Positions 54,730 to 64,000 of a stretch of 64,000 nucleotides of DNA are shown piece after piece. This DNA comes from the human T2T-CHM13v2.0 reference genome, Homo sapiens. A program made the translations under genes and the position numbers. Below the pieces are notes generated by a model. That model was given only the letters and a program-made list of their open reading frames with translations, was not told the DNA's origin and made no database searches. Positions within the stretch are counted from its first letter, which is position 1. Each line of letters begins with the position of its first letter. The stretch is from assembly GCF_009914755.1 (NCBI RefSeq), contig NC_060942.1, one strand, 5' to 3'.

Positions 54730-57700
54730 GACCAAATTTATATGCTGTCTATAACAAATTGATTTCAAATATACAAAAAATAGGTTAAGAGTAAAAGCAT
54801 GGAAAAGATATAGCATGATAATACTAGTTGAAATAAAGCTGATGTGGCTATATTAACATCAAGCAAGGTAGAACTTCAGAACAAAGAACATTATCAAGGA
54901 TAAAGAAGACTATTCCACAATGATAGGGTCAATTCATCAATAGAACATAACAATCCCAAATATTTATGCAGGTAATAACAGAGCTTTAAAATATATGAAG
55001 CAAAACCTGATAGAAGAAATAGACAAATCCAAAATTATAGTAAGAGATTTCAATATTCAAACTTGATAAGTGATAGAACAAGTAGGCGGAAGATAGGGAT
55101 ATAGAAAGTAAGGATAGAGAAGACTTACCATTATCAATCAACTTGACATAATTGATGTTTATAGAACATTCCGTCTAACAATAGCAGAATATTCTTTTCA
55201 AGGATATTTGTCTAATTTATGAAGATGGATAATATTCTGAGCCATAAAACAAGTCTCAATATATAAAGTGATAAAAATCATACAAAGTATCTTCTCTGAC
55301 CAGAATGGGATTTAATTAGAAATCAACAACATAAATGTCTTTAGCAAACCTTCAAATATTTGGAAACTAAGTAACAGATGGGTCAAAAAAGAAATCAGCA
55401 AGAAATTATAAAATATTTTCAACTGAGTGAAAATGAACAAACAAGATACCAAAATTTGTGGGATATATCAAAAGCAGTAATTAGAGGGAAATTTATGGAA
55501 CTAAATTTCTCCTTTGGAAAAAAAGAATGATCTCAAATTAATGACCTTAGCTTCCATCTTTAGAAACTACAAAAAGAAGAACAAATAAAATTCAAGGTAA
55601 GCTGAAGAAAGAAAATAATGAAGACCTGAGAGATCAATAAAATAGAAACAAAAATTAGAGGAAATCAGTGAAACAAAACCAGATTCTTAGAGAGGATCAA
55701 TAAAGTGGGTAAACCTCTAGTCAGACTATACATGAAAAAAAGATAAAGACAAACTATCAATATCAATAATGAGAGAAGTGATATGAGTAGAGATTTCTCA
55801 GATGTTAAAATGATAATCAGAATTGTATGAACAACTTTATGCCAATTCATTCAAAAACAAAGATGAAACTGACAAGTTTCTTAAAAGACAAACTACCAAA
55901 CTTCACTCAAGAATAAATATATAACCCAAATAGCCCTGCATCTATTAAAGAAGATGAATTTGCAGTTAAACATATTCCTATAAAAAAAAATTCAGGCCCA
56001 GATGGCTTCAATGGTGAGTTCTAAAAACTAATACCAACTCTCTACAAAATAATTCCCCAAATAAAGAGGAGTGAACATTTCCCCACTCATTCTATAAGGT
56101 CAGCATTACCCTGGTTCCAAACCTAGAAAAGGACATTGTAAGAGAAGAAAACTGCAGCCTAATATGACTCATGAATATAGATTTAAAAATTCTTAACAAA
56201 ATTTTAGTAAATAAAATCTAAAAACTATTAAAGGATAATATATCTTAACTAAGTAGGGTTTATTTCAGGAATGCAAGGTTCATTTGAAAATCAATTTTTT
56301 CGAGATTTGAAGATCAATCAATGTACTTCACTTTATCAATGGATGAAAGAAAAACAACCGTATGATCATCTCAATATATGTAGAAAAAGCATTTAATAAA
56401 ATTTGACATTCATTCATGAAAAAATCTCTCAGCAAACTGCAGACTAGAAGGAACTTCCTTGATCTCACAAAGTGTGTGTATAAAATGACCTCTGGCTAAC
56501 ATCATATTTAATAATGAAAGATGGAATAATAAAGTGTGTCCCTAACATTTGGAACAAGGCAAGTATTTTTTTCTCACCAGTGTTTCTAAACATCATACTG
56601 GAAGTCCAAATGAGTGCAATAAGACATGAAAGTGAAATAAAAGGCATACAGATTGGAAAACTGTCTTTATATAAAATTGTCTTTTTTACAAATGAAATAA
56701 TCATGTATGTAGAAAATACTATGGAATCTACAAAGAAGATACTAGAATTATTAAGTGAGTTTAGTAAGGTTGCAGAATATAAAATATTCAATAATCATAT
56801 TTTTATGTACTAGTGTGGTACATTGAATAACACGGCCCTTTCCCAAGATGTTCATTACCTAATCCCTGAACCTGTGAATATGTTCCCTTCCATGGCAAAA
56901 GAGATTTGAAGATATTACCAAGTGAAGGATTTTGAGATGGGGAGATTATCTTGGTTTATCCAGATATGGGGCTAATGTAACCACAATGGTCCTTATAAGA
57001 GAGAGTAAGAGTTAGAGAAAAAGATGTGGTAACTGACGCAGAGGTTGGAGAGATGTGTTGGCACAAGCCAAGGAATGCAGGAAATTTCTAGAAGCTGGGA
57101 AAGCCAAAGAAATGGATTCCTCGAGGAGGAATGCAGGTTTGCTGATGAATTTTAGATTTCTTACTTTAAGAACTGTAAAAGAATACATTTCTATTGCTTT
57201 AAGCCACTAAATTTGTGGTAATTATAGTGGCAACAAGAAACTAATACAAATAGCAATAAATAATAGATTGAGATTAAAAACAAAACCATTCATAAAGGCA
57301 CGAAAATATAAAGCATTCCTACACTAAAAATTCAAAATGTGAATGCAAGAAATTAAAAATCTAATTTAATGGCAACACATGTCACCTTTATGGATTGGAA
57401 GACTCAATATTTTAAAGATATCAATTCACCCCAAATGGGTCTATAGATTCAATGGAACCTCAATCAAAATTTCATTAACTTTTTATAGAAATTGAAAATC
57501 TTGTTCTAATATTTATATGAAAATGCAAAGTACATATAGTAGCACAAATAATTTTTAAAAAGTGGAACACATTGGAGGACTTATACTGTCTGACTTCAAG
57601 GCTTATTATAAAGCTACAAGAATAAAGTTAATGTGGTATTGGTGTCAAGTCAAATAGATAAATAGGACAAAATGAATAATTGAGAAGTAGAACTACTTAT

Positions 57701-58948
57701 ATATAGTCACTTTAATTTTCAAAAATAGGTAAAGTCTATTCAGTGGAAAAAGAAACGACTTTAACAAATGCAAAAACAAAATCTAAACTTGAAGTAATAC
57801 CTTGCACTATATGCAAAAATTAACTCAAAATGACCACAGACCTAAATTGAAAACATATAACTGTAAACTTCTAGAAGATGACATAGGAGAAAATATTTTG
57901 AGACCTAGGATTATACAAAGATTTATTAGATATGATGCCAGAAGTATGGTATATAAAGAAACCAAATTGATAAATTGGACATTGTTCAAATTAAGATGTT
58001 CTGCTCTTTAAAAACCACAGCTAAGAGAATGAAAGAGAAGCCTCCGTATGGGAGCAAATATTTGCAAATCATATATAAAGGACTTATATCCAGAACATAC
58101 AAAGAATCCCCAAAACTCAATATTCAATTAAAATATGAGGAAAAGACAGACATACTTCATCAAGGAAAAATTTGATGGCAAATAAACATATGCTCATCAT
58201 ATTTAGTCATTAGAGAAAAACAAAACAAAATCACAGTGAAATACTACTTTGCACTAATTAGAATGTATAAAATTGAAAACATCTACCATTCCAACTGTTG
58301 ACAAGGATGTAGAGTAAGCACACTGCTTTGGGGAATGTAAAAAATGGTACAACATCTTTGGAAAACAGTTTGGCAGGTTTTGAAAGTTAAAAATACCCTT
58401 AACCATATGACCCAGTCATTCTACTCCTAGGTAGTTACCCAAGATAAATGAAAGCATAGGTCTATATAAAGATTTGTACACAAATATTCATAGCAGCTCT
58501 ATGTGTAATAGCCAAACACTGGAAACAACTCCAAATGTCCATCAACACATGGATAAATAATTATAGTATATCCATACAATTAAATCTACTCAGCAATAAA
58601 AAGGAATTAACTTTGGATACATGTGATGACATGAATAAATCTTAATTATACTAAATGAAAAAAGCCAGTTTACAAATCTATGTACTGTGTAACTATTTAT
58701 ATAATATTCTAGAAAATGCAAACTTATCTATAGCAACAGCAAGCAGATCAGTGGTTGCTTGGGGATGGGCAGTGGTGGGGAGGAGCAGGAGGGAGGTATT
58801 AGAAAAAGGCTCAAGGAAATTCTAGGAGAGGAGGGATATGTTCATTTTCTTAGTATTGATGATGGTTTCACCATTGCATATAAACTGTACACTTTAAATG
58901 TTGCAATTTGTTGTGTGTCAATTATATCTCAATAAAGCTGTTAAAAAA
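54730..58948 (+). mobile_element. old L1 (L1ME1-like), ORF2 remnant plus 3'UTR, interrupted by MLT1D
   Basis: Colinear decayed ORF2 (CAGGCCCAGATGGCTTC; FSPVFLNIILEV...IKGIQIGK...SEFSKVAEYKI), ending CTCAATAAAGCTGTTAAAAAA. Confidence 0.9.
56814..57248 (+). mobile_element. MLT1D-like MaLR solo LTR
   Basis: TGTGGTA...CCTAATCCCTGAACCTGTGAATATGTT...GAAACTAATACA; flanks ACTAG/AATAG. Confidence 0.88.
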
Positions 58949-59137
58949 TGGTCGTTTTGACACATGTATAAAAATTACTTAGCTTCAGAGAAAACTTGTC
59001 CCTTGGTGCCGTGGAATACAGTAGCGAATGAAGCAGTTAAGTCCCTCTGAGTTCTTGTTCTGAATGGGAGTGTCTTTATGTGGGACCAGTGGAAGTGGCG
59101 GCAGATGTCCCTTTCCCAGAGAAGCAATGTTCTTCAT

Positions 59138-59461
<324 letters not shown>

Positions 59462-60700
59462 TTTTCTTCATTCTTTTATGTTCAGATTTACTGATATGAA
59501 GATGACCGCCTGGGATAGTTTTGTCCTATATATATTCTTCTATTCCCTACCCTATCAAATATTAAGGTGTTATTTTATGCTGACTGATATTTGAAACTTT
59601 ATTTTTAATTTATAAGTTTGGATATTTATAATCTTCTATCCAGGGAAACCATGCAAGCAAGGCTGGTGCTCCTGCCAGTGCCACGTGGTTGGGTGTAGTT
59701 TCCAGAACAAGGACTTGGGCAGTATTTTCAGTATTGGTCATCTACAACAAGCAGAAGAGGATGGAGCCAAAAACAAGGACAAAACCATGTCTGAAGAAGG
59801 CACCCAGGATCAAAACTAGATACTAGATTTGATGGTCATCAAATGAGGGTCAGTATGGTGATGGGGGCAGATATGGGAGATTTTCCAGAGTTCAGTAGCC
59901 TGAAGAAAAGGCATAAAGCAAAAATGAGGCAAGAGGGTACATGTCTTTGGTCATAAATAGGGATGGGTTGCCTGGAACTTTCTTCCATTAGGTGTTGACT
60001 GCAGGATGATGTGTCCGTCATCCAGTTCAAAAGGCACGGGGTTTAAGGCTGGAATAATGAACATAAAGCATATTTTCACTTTAATACCCTCTGAGTAATT
60101 AAAGTTAATTGAAGTCAAAAGTTAAAGTTAATAAAAGTAAATTAAGTCATCCAGTGTGGAGAAGGGTGCAGCAGTCAATGGCTTTTTCAATTTTTTACTT
60201 TTGAAAACTTGCCAGACAGGATGTAAGATTTCTCCTTCTTCTTTAAAAGGAGGGAATTATCTCTCAAATATTTAACTTCACGATAGGAGAAACGAGTTGG
60301 AAATGGGAATGAGAACAAGAAGAAAAGGGGATACATAAATTACAGATATTTAAGATACATATGTGCATTGTGAAATGTGTCATAGAAATGTGAAATATGT
60401 ATTGGAAGAACATCACTCAGATAACTAAAGTGATTAAAGTGTCTTACATTTAAAATATTTCTGGGATCAGAGGATACATAAGATACACCTACTTCTTTAC
60501 TTAGGAGGAAAAACTCGAAAAAATCCAGGGCCTTTTAGTATCTGTAAAATTTTGAAATGTAAAAATGATATAGGTTTCAAAAAGAATTTCTTCCCCAGCA
60601 AGTTTGACTTCAGTTTAACAGACATGAGTATAGAGCTTTCAGCTTCACAGGACACACCATCCTGGGCTTTGTTTTCTGCTCTGGTGCAAATGAAAGAAGA

Positions 60701-60708
60701 TGACGTCA
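60701..60708. promoter_or_regulatory. full palindromic CRE (TGACGTCA)
   Basis: Exact motif in non-repeat sequence with CpG retained; motif only. Confidence 0.35.
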
Positions 60709-61199
60709 TAGAAAAATCTCAGCTCTTTCATCGTACAGACACATTGCTGTTCTAGAGACTCATCTGCATGAGAAAAGTCTGTTATGACCAATGGTTATTC
60801 TTGAGTAACATGTTCATACAACTTTCTTCGAATTGGAGACGTTTTATGTGGAGAACTTTTAATGGATAAAAAAACTCATAAACTTGGAATGTTGAAAAAT
60901 ATTTTTATTATAATGTTACTTGAAATGTACAACTATAAAAATACATATGCATGCCTCATAGTTTTAGCTAGGAAACAGATATGACAAAAATTAACTTGCA
61001 AAAAAATGAAATACCAATGAGACTTTAAAACCAATAAAATTCAAATTGATACCATTAATTTGATGTGATGTATAATGCTATACTGCTAAAACTAAATTTT
61101 CTCTTCTAATGAGAATTTTCAGACCACAGGTGCACAGATCTCAGCTGACAAATGTTCTATAATAGCAATGTGACCCCTTTATGTCATCCTAGAGGCAAT

Positions 61200-61400
61200 G
61201 GCAGTCTAGGCGATACCATGTGGGATTTAGGGACAAACAGAATTCGTTTAAATCTCTTCTCTGATTTTGTTTGTAAGTGGTGTGAGTCACGACAAGTTAA
61301 CTTCTTATCGTCATTATTATCATCTGTGAAACAGGGAGGATGGTGAGGTGGATAATACCTTTTTGATGTTGTTTTGAAGAGTTAATGAAATAATTTAGAA
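61200..61400 (+). mobile_element. MIR
   Basis: CAAGTTAACTTC...CATCTGTGAAACAGGG...GTTGTTTTGAAGAGTTAATGAAATAAT. Confidence 0.65.
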
Positions 61401-63222
61401 GGTATTCCATAAAAATTAATTCCTTTTTCCCTAATACATTTTCTTTTTAAAACAGTTTTTGTAAGTTTGGCTTTCCAAAGAAAATTAAAGCCTATAAAAC
61501 TGCATTAAAAACTAACTAGTTAAGAATTAATTTTGGGAAGCAAAGAATAACCAAAACTCCCTTCCTCCCATACACTATCATTTTTCCTTTTTTCTGTGGT
61601 TGCTCTGCTTTTTTTCCTCTCCATCCCCAGTGTCCTCCCAACATTCTGATGTCCAAATCCAGGTCCTCTCACTTGAATGTCCAGATGAGGTGCACTGCAG
61701 CCAGATAGCTTCTCCAAATTCCCTTGGCTAGAAGTGACCTCTTCCTTCTTATGATGCCCAAAGCAGATTTTATATGTATGTCTCATGCGATACTCAAATT
61801 TGACAGGACTTGGAGATAACTTACACAATGGCAGGACCTTGAAATTGGGATTGGAGAACAGATTTCCCATAGCTCAGCCCAGCCGGAGGCTGCTGGGAGA
61901 CAACTGCAGGTGGACTCGCCCAGTGGGAGCAGCCGAAGCTAAGCCCCTCAGCACGCAGGGTGAGGAGGCAGCATCAGAGGTGTGAAAGGGTGTTTTGTTG
62001 GGAGGATTACTGGCCTCTCATCAACCCTTTCAGCCAGTCATGAATGCATCCACACAGAACAGTCCTGTCAGCAGCCTAATTTCTTTGCAGGAAAGGAAAC
62101 GATAGATTCATGTAGGTGAGGTGGGGCTACACTTCTTACATTCTTGGTTGTAAAGAAACTGCACTTCTGGAAGCTTCTTTGTAGGCAAGTAGGTACTGTT
62201 TAGTGGCTGATTTGCTGCTGACTTGCGCAGGAAACTGAATCAGCTTGTGGGTCAGCCTCTGAGATTGGAGCTGTGAGGAGTTTCATACAGTAGGTTTCAG
62301 GGAGGGATCTCAGGGTTTACCACTTGGAGTGGAACAGACCATTCCCCCATGCAGAAGATTTGCCCTTGTCTTTCTTAATCTTGACATTTAAAAGTCCCGT
62401 AGGGACTGAGAATAAATATTTCTCTTTAGAAGGGGTAGATGTGTTAGTCAGCATCTCTCCAACTGACCCAATCATGGAAATCACCTGGTGAGCTTTTTGT
62501 TAAAAAGCCACAAATTTCCAAGCTCCATCTCAATTGTGCTGGAAATAAAACAGCTTGATAACAATTAAGTATCTATCTTTAAGTTATTCTCTGTCAATAC
62601 CCTTTTAGCTTCTTCAGGATCACTTTACTATTTGGTTAGAGACCATTTGATAGCCATAGAGTTTGAGAATGAGACTGATGCTTAGCCAACCTAATTTTGC
62701 TAGTCATGTTTGCTATTTGTTGATTCATATGATTATTATATTTGTGTATTTCTTTAATCACTAATTAATACAACAAAGAACAAATATTTTGAGTTTAGGC
62801 ACTGTACCAAATGCTAGAAATATAAACATGAATAAGACTTAAACTTGCCTTTAAGGAGAGCTTTTTCTTTCCTCAACATCTTTCTAGCTTACCATATGAT
62901 TTTACTGCTTTGCTGCTGCTGCAAATAATAAAAATATGCACATTTTTTCACCCTTACAGTATGTACCCAAAACAAATTAATTAATTAATTCACTCACTAG
63001 TAACTAATTAACCCATTATAAAAAGTACTATGAATTCTCAGAAGAAAAATTGCTCAAATGTAGCAGATTATGTCTTTATAAATTTTGTTCAAAGTTGTCC
63101 ATTGTGTTAAATTTATGATGCTTTATTAAATTTTTTTGTCCCATGCTATATATTTAGTTCATATTTAAAACATGCATTTGAAAAATCTACTTTATTGGAA
63201 TTGCCCAAAAACTCTTCAAAAA

Positions 63223-63257
63223 CCACCACAACCACCATCACCACCACAACCATCACA
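63223..63257. repeat. imperfect (CCA)n
   Basis: CCACCACAACCACCATCACCACCACAACCATCAC. Confidence 0.8.
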
Positions 63258-64000
63258 AAAACCTCTGTTTCTCCCAGGGTAAATAAGAACATTGGAATGA
63301 ATTCTAATTTTTTTTAAAAAGAAAACATTATGCTTTAGTAAAATAAACTTTTACTTCCTAATTTCAAGTTGCTGACAAGCAGTAATATTTGTCACAGAAA
63401 ATATTATGATATGCTTTCTCATGTTAAAAATGAAAGCGTAAGAACCAAAGGAGTTTACTAAAGATAAACAGAATGTCAATATAAACCAAACATTTCTTTC
63501 AAGTTTCTGGCCTTCCTGGCCAGAGAAGCAACTTTACCCAGGGTATGAGCATTACTAAATAAAATTAACAACTTATCTAAACAGTCAACTAAAATTCTGG
63601 AAGAATAGCTTCTTGGAGATTTGGACACCTCTAAGAGATGATATCACTATTTTATTTTTATAAAGGAATGTGTTTTCTGAGCTGGTAGCCTCTATCTCAG
63701 TGAATCTCTATGAATTCTCAACAAACTAATCAGTAATAATTCAGACATATTGCTCAATGGAGACTAAACTAACCTCGTGATAGATACTGTGACTGCCATG
63801 TACACTTACACTACCAAGCAAAGTTGCTTTATCTTTAAACCCCATCCCTCTGTGGCTCTTTCCCTCCTTCTCAGCTGTCTCTCTTCTCAGCCTACAAGTT
63901 TTCTCAAGTCTCTTCCACATTAATAAAACAAATCACAGAACCCTCAATAACGTCTTTTGACTCTGTGACTCCCTCTCTAGCCCCCTTTGGTTGGTTCCAC

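Noticed and set aside
60085-60150. Repeated AAGTTAA-like words
   Set aside because: AT-rich low complexity with no regular period.

Overview
This is human genomic DNA: it is AT-rich and CpG-depleted, carries Alus, and holds a human-specific L1HS-Ta. It is dominated by interspersed repeats and contains no recognisable protein-coding gene. The only long real ORF belongs to a ~4.0 kb L1HS-Ta1 insertion (7693-11721). That element is 5'-truncated and 5'-inverted (twin-primed), has a 12-bp TSD and an uninterrupted ORF2 C-terminal 1125 codons, and sits inside an old L2. The rest is Alus, old L1M/L1P pieces, L2/MIR, MaLR/ERV solo LTRs, DNA-transposon fossils and microsatellites. One fossil is a Tc1/mariner element with a still-readable transposase C-terminus. 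Most L1 and Alu copies lie on the minus strand and there are several plus-strand splice-like signals, which suggests but does not prove an intron of a plus-strand transcript. I found several local inverted or templated duplications, one of which brackets a candidate terminal exon. I see no evidence for a new multi-gene system. Repeat subfamily calls are from recalled consensus sequences, and boundaries of old repeats are approximate.
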